A stretch of 64,000 nucleotides of DNA from positions 71,982,001-72,046,000 of the forward strand of contig OZ024747.1 in the NCBI GenBank assembly GCA_964016885.1. The letters are read 5' to 3'. Below the pieces are notes generated by a model. It was not told where the DNA came from and did not search any database. It saw only the letters and a program-made list of their open reading frames with translations. Numbering within the stretch: the stretch's first letter is position 1; every line of letters begins with the position of its first letter. Shown piece by piece: positions 1-11,065 of this stretch. The stretch comes from Eledone cirrhosa. Taxonomy: Eukaryota. The position numbers and the translations under genes were made by a program.

Positions 1-1792
1 CACATTTACAGTGTGGGGCTGGGAGGTTTTTACCGTGTTGCCTACACGGCCACATTACAGCGTGGACTGTCTGGCGGGTTTTCTACAGCTGGATGCCCTT
101 CCTAACACCAACCACATTCACAGTGTGGGGCTGGGAGGTTTTTACCGTGTTGCCTACACGGCCACATTTACAGCGTGGACTGTGTGTTTTTTTTGTCGTG
201 ACACCTACACGATCTCATTTGTTTCGGCCTGGATGTTGTGGGACCAACATAACTGTACATTGAAAGGGGCGGTGTGGATGGGGTGGAGGTGGTGGGACGG
301 GGGGGTGTTTTGATAGAGATGCCTACTGACTGTAGTAGGTTTTTACTTTGTATTTAGGTAAGGCGGGTCTTCTCTATTACTGAGTACCGCCAAAGGTCTC
401 GGTCCAGTGACATTGTCTTGGAGAGGTGTAAGCGTGTGAGGTCGGAATTTATCAGCTCGTCCCATGTTTTTCTGGGTCTGCCTACTCCGTGGCTACCGTC
501 TATCTTTATTGCCCTGCACTTTGTTATACAGCTGTCGTCTTTCATGCGCATCATGTGACCGTACCAACGTAGCCTTCTCTCGAGTAAACAACATCTGATC
601 CCTCTTATTTCTAATTTTTTCCTTAGTTCGTTTATGCTTTGCCGTTCACGTATATTACTATTGCACATCCAGCGGAGCATGCAAGCTTCGTTCCTCTCTA
701 GTCTGCGTATATCCTCTGCACACAATGCCCAGGTCTCACTGCCATGCAGCATTGCTGTTCGTATGCAGGCATCGTATAACCTGCCTTTCATTTTTAGGGA
801 GAACCCTCTAGCGGCTAATAGTGGTATAAGCTCTCTGAACTTTTTCCATCCAGTTCTGACTCTAGCTACTGTACTTTCAGAGCACCCTCCCCCACTGCTG
901 ATTTTGTCACCCAGGTAACGGAAGCTGTCCACTATTTCTATAGAACCCTCTGCGCAGTTGAAGGAGCTAGTATTTTGTGGGCACTTGCTGCTACTTATTG
1001 CACCAGAGCACCGGCCACATGTAAAATCTATGTTCTTAGTTAGCTTACCTGTGATCCCACTACATCTTTTATGCACCCATACTTTGCATTTGGGACATAA
1101 AATGGAGTTTCTACCTACGCCTTTCCTACACACTCAGCATGGCCATTTCCCAGATGGGACTGCCGCCATATTTTCTTTCCTACAAACTAGAACTTTTGTC
1201 TTAGCCAGGTTAATTTTAAGGCCTTTTGATTCTAGGCCGTGCTTCCATGTTTGGAATTTCTTCTCTAGTTCGGTCATTGATTCAGCTATGAGCGTTAGAT
1301 CATCTGCGTATAGGAGTTCCCATGGGCAGCCGGTCTTGAACTCCTCTGTTATAGCCTGAAGGGCAATAATAAATAGTAGGGGGCTAAGAACAGAGCCCTG
1401 ATGGACACCAACTTTTACGCTAAACTCTTCACTATATTCGTTGTTAATTCTAACCTTACTGACTGTTTCTTTATACATGGCTTGTATAGCTCTCACAAGC
1501 CATTCGTCAACACCTAGTTTTCTAAGAGACCACCAGATAATGGAACGGGGGACTCTGTCGAAGGCTTTCTCCAAGTTGACGAAAGCTAAGTATAGGGGTT
1601 TACTTTTAGCTAGGTACTTCTCCTGTAGTTGTCGTACAATGAAAAGAGCGTCTGTGGTACTTTTGCCTGACACAAACCCGAACTGCATTTCATCTAGATC
1701 AATTCTCTCTCTGATTAGTTGCGCTATTACTTTTTCCGTGACCTTCATGACCTGGTCGATTAATTTAATGCCTCTATAGTTACTCCTATCTA
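1..1792 (-). mobile_element. RTE-clade LINE, 5'-truncated, RT with inserted PHD finger; one nonsense codon at 1134-1136; 3' UTR runs off the window
   Basis: ORFs 1134..1748 and 354..1133 carry [47 protein letters not shown]; near-identical to 11066-12640. Confidence 0.95.
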
Positions 1793-2456
1793 TATATATA
1801 TATATATATATGTTTCTATGTCTTTTTTTTCTTTTCTTATATAAATAAAAATCTTTACACGCACAAAACCCACATCGTACCGTCCTGTACCGTCTGTAAT
1901 GTTTTTCTTGATGTCAGCCCTTGTGGCCAATAAAGAAATCATTATTATTATTACTACTACTATTATTATCATCATGCTTTGTGGCCCCTTTACTTTCTGA
2001 GTTCAAATCCCACCAAAGTTAGCTTTGCCTTTCATAGTTATGGGGTTGAAAAATAAAGTACCAGTAACACACTGGGGTTGATTTAATTGACCTTCCCCTC
2101 CCCCCAAATTGTTGGCCTTGTCCCTAAATCAGAAACCATTATTATTATTATTTATTGCATTTTGTCCTATCTTAGTTAAGTATTTAATGAAATTGGTGTC
2201 AAAACAATTGTAAAAAATTAAATGGTTTAAGAACTTTTATCTGTCATCTTAATTTGTTATATATATATATTTATATAAATGAAGTATTTCCATCGGAAAG
2301 GTACAGGAAAAAAGAGTGCTCTATGTAGGCTACAGAGCTTATTAGTTATGCATAACTATATATATATATACACATATATATATATGTGTGAGTCCCGGGT
2401 TCAATTGGGGGTAACCACAGTAAGTAAAGTACTCAATACATTAGTAGAATATATAC

Positions 2457-2587
2457 AAAATTTAATGTAAAAATGGCTTCTACAGGACTAGAACTGTTTC
2501 ATTCGAAGGAAATCATCAGGAAAGCCCTGATGATTTTCTTCAAATGAAACAGATCTAGTCCTGTAGAAGCCATTTTTATTAAATTTT
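2457..2587. repeat. ~130-bp palindrome of two inverted hammerhead-bearing fragments (Penelope-like pLTR type)
   Basis: Arms aaaatggcttctacaggactag.../...ctagtcctgtagaagccatttt; each arm reads CTGATGA...GAAAC. Confidence 0.75.
2475..2526 (-). ncRNA. Putative type I hammerhead ribozyme
   Basis: GGCTTTC-CTGATGA-T-TTC cttc GAA-T-GAAA-CAG ttctagtc CTG-TA^GAAGCC: stems I, II and III all pair, GUA cleavage triplet; 10.1/11.1 is U-U. Confidence 0.6.
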
Positions 2588-3059
2588 ATATTTATATATA
2601 TATGATAGATAGATATATGTAAATATTTGTATGTATATATGTATGTGTCATCATCATCACCATTATCGTTAAACCCATCCAACCCTTGCTACTTTCCCTG
2701 CTAGCAAGGGTTGGATGGGTCTACATAAACCAAGTCAGTACTGAACTGGTGGCTACTGATCTCCCAGACAAGCTAGGGATCTGTTGCCTCACTTGTGTAA
2801 AGTCTCACATTCTATTGAGTGTATAGGAGAGGTTGTCCTGTTTTTGACACAACTGAGGGTTGTCCCAACCCTTTGTTTGGTAATCTTTCTATGGCTGGAT
2901 GTCCTTTTTAACACCAACCACTTTACACCATGTAGTGGGTGTGTTTATCGTATAATAATAATAATAATAATTGTTTCTACGTTAGGCACAAGGCCAGCAA
3001 TTACCCAGTGCATTACTGGTACTTTATTTTATCGACCCCGTAATAATATACATAGATAT

Positions 3060-4312
3060 AATTAAACTTAAACTCTCTGCAAGAACATCATGCAAAACAA
3101 CAGGCTTACTAGAACAGGATTGAATCAAATCAAATTAAATGTTAAGAATACCACAAGAAATGGCCTCATTACTAAAGATAATGTAATTGTTGAGGTTCAT
3201 AAGCTATATCTACTAGAGAAGTGAACAAAAAAAAATAATAGAAATAAGGGGCAACTTAATGGAGATCAACAGTAATCAGCCTTAACATTTAATCACTGGA
3301 TTAAGCAACATAAACTCAGGAATACATGAGGATGAACATGATCAGGAATTTCCTTCAGAATATTTCACAAAAAAGCAGAGATGAAATCACTGCAGCAAAT
3401 TATCACAATTGAGGCAGTCAGCAGACCCAGTCACTCAGAATTGTATGACAGGCAATATCTACCTAAAATCTAATCCACAAAGTGTAACAAGAAAGTTATT
3501 GATACAAATAATGCCACACTATAGGAATAATACCTCAGTGTTGATGATCATCAACATTATACATGCAACTAGCTGTAACTGAAAAACTGAACATAAACAT
3601 AAAGAAAAACACTCATAACAGGCATAAAGAGATTGCTTTGAAAGTAAATATAAAGAAACAAATTGAGGTACTGAGGACAGATATCTCCATACTTTATGAA
3701 ATGTCAAATGGGAGTCGAATGACTACCTTGATATCAAGAAAGTAAAACCAAAATAAAAAAAAATAACAGACATAAGCAACATATTGGAAATAGAAGAAAC
3801 ATTGAAGCCAAAAGTACAAGTGAACTCAGAAAGGTTAAGTGGTGGCAAAACAAGATTTTTGAAACAGATGCCAAAAGGTTCTATAGTGAAATAGGAAAAC
3901 AAAAAATAGAAATAAAAAATCCCCCCCTTAATACAAAAATTCAGGAAAACATCTTGAATAATCCATAGGAACCCAATGAAAATGTTGAGTGGATTGAACA
4001 GCAGAAAGTATGAATGAGAGATATACCAATGCAAGAGTAGAAAAGTATCACAAAAGAAACTGTCAAAATTGCTTTGAAAAAAATCTCAAAAGTGGAAATC
4101 ACCTGGCAATGACAAAGTGCCAAACTTTTGACTTCACCACCTTACAAAGTTTGATGGCACAAATTTTGTCAAAAATCATGATTTTTCTAATAGAGATGTG
4201 TGCCTAGATCACAATCCTCTTACTTAGAAATGAAGAAAATGATGAACCTGAAAATTACAAACTAATAACAAGCCTGTCCACTATGTATATACTTTAGACA
4301 TCAATAATAAAT
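3060..4312 (+). mobile_element. Decayed R4/Dong-clade LINE (pre-RT and N-terminal RT region)
   Basis: Manual translation across frameshifts gives QNKIFETDAKRFYSEI, NENVEWI, KWKSPGNDKVPNF, EPENYKLITSLSTMY, resembling R4/Dong motifs (WKSPG.D...NFW; P.NYRPITCL). Confidence 0.6.
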
Positions 4313-4978
4313 GAAGAAGAAGAGGTGGTTTAACTGAATGACCACTCAACACATATGAGATAAGACTAGCTTTTAATTTTCAAAGAAAAAGGTGCCAGTG
4401 ACTTTATATTTTCAGCTGTAATGAATTTTATCAGACTGGCAGTCACAGATTGCTGCTTTTCAGCAAAAATTACACACAATAATATGGTTGACTAAACACT
4501 TGAAGACAGTGCCCCAGTATAGCTGCAGACCAGTTGGACAGCTGAAACCAGTAAAAGAATATATTCCATATACTCTCGGGTCTCGAATAATCACTCTCCA
4601 CCTCTTATTAATTCCTATTAATAGATACATATACATATATATTGTGTTCTGATATTGTAATTGTAGTAGCCTACAAATTAGCAAAAAAACAATATTTATA
4701 ATAAAGTATTATATTGGTTTTATTCATATTCTTAAAACTTTCAGAGAAGTAGTCAGGGTGCTGTGGAGTTGATCTGTGTACATTGGTTAAGATACAGAGG
4801 GTGTAGGGGATCTGATGGGTGAGTTCAAAAGAAGAATGGTAAATCAAGGAGAGTGAAGGTGGCTGAGAAAGAAGGAGATAGACAAGAGAATTTAGAGAAG
4901 TGGAGGAAAGAGAGAGAGATTTGGGAAGATTGTTTCACAATAAAGGGGTAGATAATGGTGGTTGTAGATAGTCAGTTT

Positions 4979-5803
4979 ATAATAATGAAATTATTGTGTA
5001 AAGTGCTCAGGTGCACTACAACTCGTCAATATAGTACATAGAATAATACACAAATGCCAGGGAAGTACATGTTTGTATGTGTTAGCTGTAGTGTTGGCGG
5101 ATCTCGGGAAGCATGGAGGCCTTAAAGGATGCAGTGTCTCGACAGCTAACAACTGATGCAGGTAGTTTGTTCCATGCTTCAGCAACTCTGAGCGAGAAAA
5201 AATGTTTCCGAAAGTCATGGGAACTGTGCTGTTTTCTTACTTTGTGGGCATGTCCACGTGTGTTAGACACATGGAAATCGAAAAGGCACTCAGGGTTGTT
5301 GTTGGCAACATGGTTAACAATTTTGTGGGTGTTTACCAAGTCAGTTGCCAGGCGTCGGAGCTTCAATGAATCCATGCCCAGGGAAGCAAGGCGCTCAGAG
5401 TATGGTAGATGCCTGATGGAGGGTATTCGCTTGGTTGCACGTCTCTGAACAGTTTCCAGGCGGTCAATGTCCTGAGCAAGATAGGGGTTCCAGACTGGTG
5501 ATGCAAATTCTAAGTGTGGTCGCACCATAGCTGTATACAGCCTTAAATAGATATCTGGAGAGCGGCTGACAAAGGTCTTGCTGAGTGATGCTAAGACACC
5601 CTCGGCCCTCTTGACAATTTTAGAGACGTGCCTCGTCCAACGCAAATCGCTGCTGACCGTAATGCCCAGGTCACGTTCACAGGAAGACTTCTTGATATTA
5701 GTGCTGTGGAGGGAGTATGTGGACGCTGGGTTTTTACTCCCAAAATGCATGGTGGTGCACTTGTCCACAGCTAGCTTGAGTTGCCAGTTTGAGTTGCCAG
5801 TTT
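4979..5803 (-). mobile_element. CR1-clade LINE 3' portion, intact 228-aa ORF, (ATT)n tail
   Basis: [54 protein letters not shown]. Confidence 0.93.
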
Positions 5804-5892
5804 ACTAAGAGTATGAAAGAATGGGGACAGAGTGGTTGTTGATGTGGAAAAAATATTGATGCCTGATAAAGTAAAACATAAGGATAAAGGAT

Positions 5893-5951
<59 letters not shown>

Positions 5952-6409
5952 AATATTTTAAAATATATGAAAATAAAGATAAAGAGATTTAGTCAAGATA
6001 AGTACATACAGATCAAAGCGATGATTTGAACTGTTATAATAATACCTGAGAAATAGTAGGAGTAGTGGTATAAAATAAGGCTAGTAAAGATTTGTAAATA
6101 TGTGAAGAAATAGATTTTAAAAAAAAAAATGAATAAATAGATTATGAAGTGAAGGATATAGAAAACTAAAGTTCAGTTGTTCAGTGAGGCTAAAGCATGC
6201 ATTTAGTAATAGTAGTGGTGGTAATGTTAGAGGATTGCTGATTTAATAGGAGAGTGATGGATGGGGACAAGATGTGTTAGTAGGAGAGAGTAAATAGGTA
6301 TAAAGGCAGCTGCATCAATTAGGAATATAATAATATGCAAAAGGTAAATGTGAAAAAACTAAGGATAAAAATTGAGATGTTGAGAAAATTAAAGGATATG
6401 AGTTGTAAT

Positions 6410-6815
6410 AATTGTTTCTACATATATATACATATATACGCATCTAGGCACAAGGTCTGCAATTTTAGGTAGGTTGGGGTTCAATTAAATTGACCCCAAT
6501 GCATTACTGGTACTTTATTTTATCGACCCCATAAGGATGAAAGGCAAAGATAACTTTGGCAGAATTTGAACTCAGAATGTAAAGGGTCGGAACTCTATGA
6601 CCCAAAGCATAGATTGGCAATATCGGTAGAGTGTTGGATACCATGCTTTGCAGCATAGAGTTACAGCCCTTTACGGTCTGAGTTCAAAACCTGCCAAAGC
6701 TAGCATTGCCTTTCATCCTTACTGGAAAAAAAATACCAGTAACCTACTTGGGTCAATTTAACCAACTTTCTCCTCCCCACCAAATTTCTAGTCTGTGCCT
6801 ATATTAGAAATAATT
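6410..6815. mobile_element. Head-to-head pair of tRNA-derived SINEs (minus copy then plus copy)
   Basis: A box TGGCAATATCGG, B box GAGTTCAAA, central GCCTTTCATCCTT motif resembling the Meta-SINE domain, tail AGAAA(C/T)AATT. Confidence 0.8.
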
Positions 6816-6827
6816 ATTAGAGGTAGC

Positions 6828-7010
6828 GGATTGGCAGTATCGGTAGAGGGTCGGACGCCATGCTAGGGCGGTGGATTGGCAGTATCGGTAGAGGGTCGGA
6901 CGCCATGATAGGGCGGTGGATTGGCAGTATGGGTAGAGGGTCGGACGCCATGATAGGGCGGTGGATTGGCAGTATGGGTAGAGGGTCGGACGCCATGCAG
7001 CAGTAGAAAC
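6828..7010 (+). mobile_element. Rearranged SINE: four tandem 45-bp heads fused to the terminal tail, 16-bp TSD
   Basis: Unit agggcggtggattggcagtat(c/g)ggtagagggtcggacgccatg(c/a)t; AATTATTAGAGGTAGC at 6812-6827 and 7011-7026. Confidence 0.85.
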
Positions 7011-7301
7011 AATTATTAGAGGTAGCTATAGATTTGAAATATATAAACGTTTTGCAGATGCTATGCATTTTAATAGTGAAATCATAGAAGGGTGTGTGTT
7101 TTTTTCCCTAAGGAGTCTAAACATTTTTTGGAGAGCATTGTGACCTGATGCTATCTATTTAAAGGGCTTTGAAATGTTTGAGTCAAAACATGTAGTTGAT
7201 GCAATTTTATGGGTGAAGATAACATATATGACTTAGCTCCTGTACTGATTTAGCAGAATATATCTAAAAATAGGTTGGTTTATTCAAGTATTTATAGTAT
7301 C

Positions 7302-7563
7302 TGTGGGGCTAGGCAGCCAGAAGTACAGGGTCAGTCTTGCCAGATGTGCGAGGCCAGTGACATCACATCAGAAGTGTGAGTTAGGTCTCTCTCTTGGTCC
7401 ATGTGCCGTGGTAGAATGTGGACGTTTTGTGATCACTGGTGTGAATGAGTGTATGCGTTCTGCTATATTATCTGGCCAGATGTGAAACAGGTGAGTATCA
7501 CAGAGAGATTGAGTCCAGACACGAGTGGAGACGCAAAGGTAGGTCCCTTCGCTTCTTACAACA
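7302..7563. mobile_element. Solo LTR of an LTR retrotransposon
   Basis: GC-richer 262-bp island starting TGT and ending ACA, flanked by 5-bp direct repeat GTATC (7297-7301, 7564-7568). Confidence 0.7.
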
Positions 7564-8682
7564 GTATCTTTTCTAGTAGAGAGATCATTATGAAAATTTG
7601 CAGTATTAGAGTAAAGACTAATTTTTAATGTGATATAGTCATAGTGCTGTTTTGTAGTTTTTACAAATATCTTACTAGTATGGTTTCCTGTGGTGTAGGG
7701 GGTTAAGAGTTAATTGGGAAGCATAGAAGAGAACTTATTGATAACATGAAGGAGCTATACTAGAAAGAGGTTGAATCCTTGCAACAAGAACTGAACTCTG
7801 AAAAATAGGATCAAAATTTTTTTTAAAAGCTGAAGGGATTTTATTTCTGACATGAGCTCACAGACATTGAGAATATATAACCCTCTCTTAAAATAATGAA
7901 TCGGGTGTGAACTATTTTTCTGATAAAGTGTTGTAGAACTTTTTAACTATCCAGAAGAATAAGATATTATCATCATCCCCGTTTTCTCCATCACCACTCA
8001 TCCATACCCTAGCACCATCATCACCTGTCCACCCATCAGCTCTTTCCTTAGTTTAATTTGCTCAATCATCATCATCACCAACTAAATTACTATTTTACAA
8101 TATGCCTGTATGTATAAGTATATATGTGTAGCTGTGAGCTGAGTGAGCTTATTTTTTTCTGGTTTTGCTTTTTTGTTATTTTTATTCTCTGTGAATTGGC
8201 AGAATCATTATGGTGTCACATTAAATTCCTCTGTATTTGCTCTGGTTCACTGCACACTAAATACAAATCCTACTGAGGTCAACTTTACATTTCAACCATT
8301 TCAGGTCAATAAATAAAGTACCAGTTCAGTATTGGGTTCAATTCTTCTTGTCTCTCCCTCTCCTTCTCCTCAAATCAGCTATGTTCAGATATGGAGAGTG
8401 ATGGACACTACAAGGTTTAAAATGTGCAAGACACACCATGTGTCAGAACAGCATCCCCCATGACTCCGACAAGAGTAAAGGGCTCTTTCCTTTGCTTAGT
8501 TTAACAAGTGTAAAACTACATCATTGATGTAGTTTTACAGCTATAAAAAAGGTAAGGCTTGTTATAAAGGTATCTGGCAGTAGAAGACCTGTCACAAAAG
8601 ATTTCGTTTAACACATATAAGCAAGGAAAACAGAAATACAGATTTTAAAATGATAAGGAGGATATATGTGTATATATATATA

Positions 8683-10759
8683 GCAAGAAGGGAAGCAGAG
8701 AAAAGAAAGTTCAAGCATGTTCTACAACGCGAGGACCAAAAGCGTGAGGTGTTCAGGATTGCTAGACAATGTGTCAAGGAGAACCGTGATATTGTCGGGG
8801 AGAAGTGTGTCCATAATGATGATGGTGTACTTGCCATCACTGACGCTGATAAGAAGGTAGCTTGGAAGTGTCACTACGAAAGGCTACTAAATGAGGAGAA
8901 AAAATGGGAGAAAGACAGCCTACCCCACATCGATCCAATAGAGGGACCAGCAGTGCAAGTTTAAGGTAGTATAATAAGTAAGGCAATCAAAGATATGAAG
9001 ATGGGCAAGGCGGCTGGGCCTTTGGAAATAGTTGCTGAAATGCTGAAAGCATCTGGAACGGTGGTACACACTATAGTTACCCGGATAGTAAACCAAGTTA
9101 TCATCATTAACTGCTACAAGGGTAAAGGAGACGCCCTAGATAGGGGAAACTATAGAGGCATTAAATTAATTGACCAGGTCATGAAGGTCACAGAAAAAGT
9201 AATAGCGCAACTAATCAGAGAGTGAATAAATCTAGATGAAATGCAGTTCGGGTTTGCGTCAGGTAAAAGTACCACAGACGCTCTTTTCATTGTACAACAA
9301 CTACAGGAGAAGTACCTAGCTAAAAGTAAACCCCTCTACTTAGCTTTTGTTGACTTGGAGAAAGCCTTTGACAGAGTCCCCCCACTCCATTATCTGGTGG
9401 GCTCTTAGAAAACTAGGTGTAGATGAATGGCTTGTGAGAGCTATACAAGCCATGTATAAAGAAACAGTTAACAAGGTTAGAATTAACAACGAATATAGTG
9501 AAGAGTTTAGTGTAAAAGTTGGTGTTCATCAGGGCTCCGTCCTTAGCCCCCTACTATTTATTATCGCCCTCCAAGCTATAACGGAGGAGTTCAAGACCGG
9601 CTGCTCATGGGAACTCCTATACACAGATGATCTAACGCTCAAAGCCGAATCAATGGCTGAACTAGAGAAGAAATTCCAAACATAGAAGCATGGCTTAGAA
9701 TCAAAAGGCCTTAAAGTTAACTTGTCTAAAGTCCTAATATGTAGGAAGGAGAATAGGGCACTGGTCCCATCTGGGAAATGGCCATGCTCAGTGTGTAGGA
9801 AAGGAGTAGGCAGAAACTCCATTTTATGTCCCAAATGCAAAGTATGGGAGCACAAAAGATGTAGTGGGATCACAGGTAAGCTAACTAAGAATATAGATTT
9901 TATATGTGGCTGGTGCTCTGGTGCAATAAGTAGCAGCAAATGCCCACAGAATACTAGCTCATTCCATTACCCAGATGGTTCTATAGAAATAGTGGACACC
10001 TTCCATTACCTGGGTGACAAAATCAGCAGTGGTGGAGGGTGCTCCGAAAGTACTGTAGCTAGAGTCCGAGCGGGATGGAAAAAGTTCAGAGAGCTTATAC
10101 CACTATTGGCCGCTAAAGGTTTCTCTCTAAAAATAAAAGGCAGGCTGTATGATGCCTGCATACGAACAGCGATGTTACATGGCAGTGAGACATGGGCCTT
10201 GTGTGCAAAGGATCTACGCAGACTGGAGAGGAATGAAGCTTGCATGCTCCGTTGGATGTGTAATAGTAATATACGCGAACGGCAAAGCATAAATGAACTA
10301 AGCGAGAAACTAGGATTAAGAGGGATCAGATGCTGTTTACTCGAGAGAAGACTACATTGGTATGGTCACGTGATGCGCATGAAAGATGACAGCTGTATAA
10401 AAAAGTGCAGGGCGATCAAAATAGACGGTAGCTACGGAGTAAGCAGACCGAGAAAAACCTTGGATGACTTGATAAAATCCGACCTCACACACTTACACCT
10501 CTCCAAGACAATGTCACTGGACCGAGATCTTTGGCGCTACGTAGTAATACAGAAGACCTGCCTTGCCTAAGTACAAAGCGAAACCTACAGTCAGTAGCAC
10601 CTCTTAACCAAAATACACCCCCGTCCCAACCCTACCCCCACCGCCATCTACACTACTCCTTTCGATGTAAAGCTATGTTGGTACCACAACATCCAGTCCT
10701 AAATAAATGAGGTCGTGTAGACGTCATGACCAAAAAACACACATGATGATGATGATGAT
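8683..10759 (+). mobile_element. RTE-clade LINE (PHD-in-RT family), 5'-truncated, several stops/frameshifts, shortened 3' UTR, (ATG)n tail
   Basis: ORFs 8650..8964, 8995..9225 (NYRGIKL), 9347..9685, 9722..10570. Confidence 0.95.
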
Positions 10760-10822
10760 ATATATACATATATTCATTCATAAATGAATAAATATGTAAA
10801 TGTATATTTATATACATATATA

Positions 10823-11065
10823 TTTTTTTTCACGCTCAGAGTTGCTGAAGCATGGAACAAACTACCTGCATCAGTTGTTAGGTGTCGGGACACTTCATCT
10901 TTCAAAACTTCCCTGCTTCCTGAAATTCGCCAACACTACACCTGATACACACGCACGCATGTGTGTGTGTATATATGACTCATACACTGTTCACTTTCCT
11001 GACATTTGTACATGATTCTATGTACTATACCTTTGATGAGTTGTAGTGCAATAATTTTCATGATT
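10823..11065 (+). mobile_element. CR1 3'-end fragment
   Basis: Matches the reverse complement of 4979-5200. Confidence 0.85.

Noticed and set aside
634-1779. Antisense ORFs over the RTE and CR1 copies (also 9529, 10006, 11264, 11705, 5113, 51496)
   Set aside because: These are shadow frames of RT coding sequence, recurring only because the elements are copies.
6817-7068. ORF with 15-aa repeats (MASDPLPILPIHRP) or a CRISPR-like array
   Set aside because: These are contiguous 45-bp SINE-head repeats with no spacers, in a eukaryotic context without cas genes.
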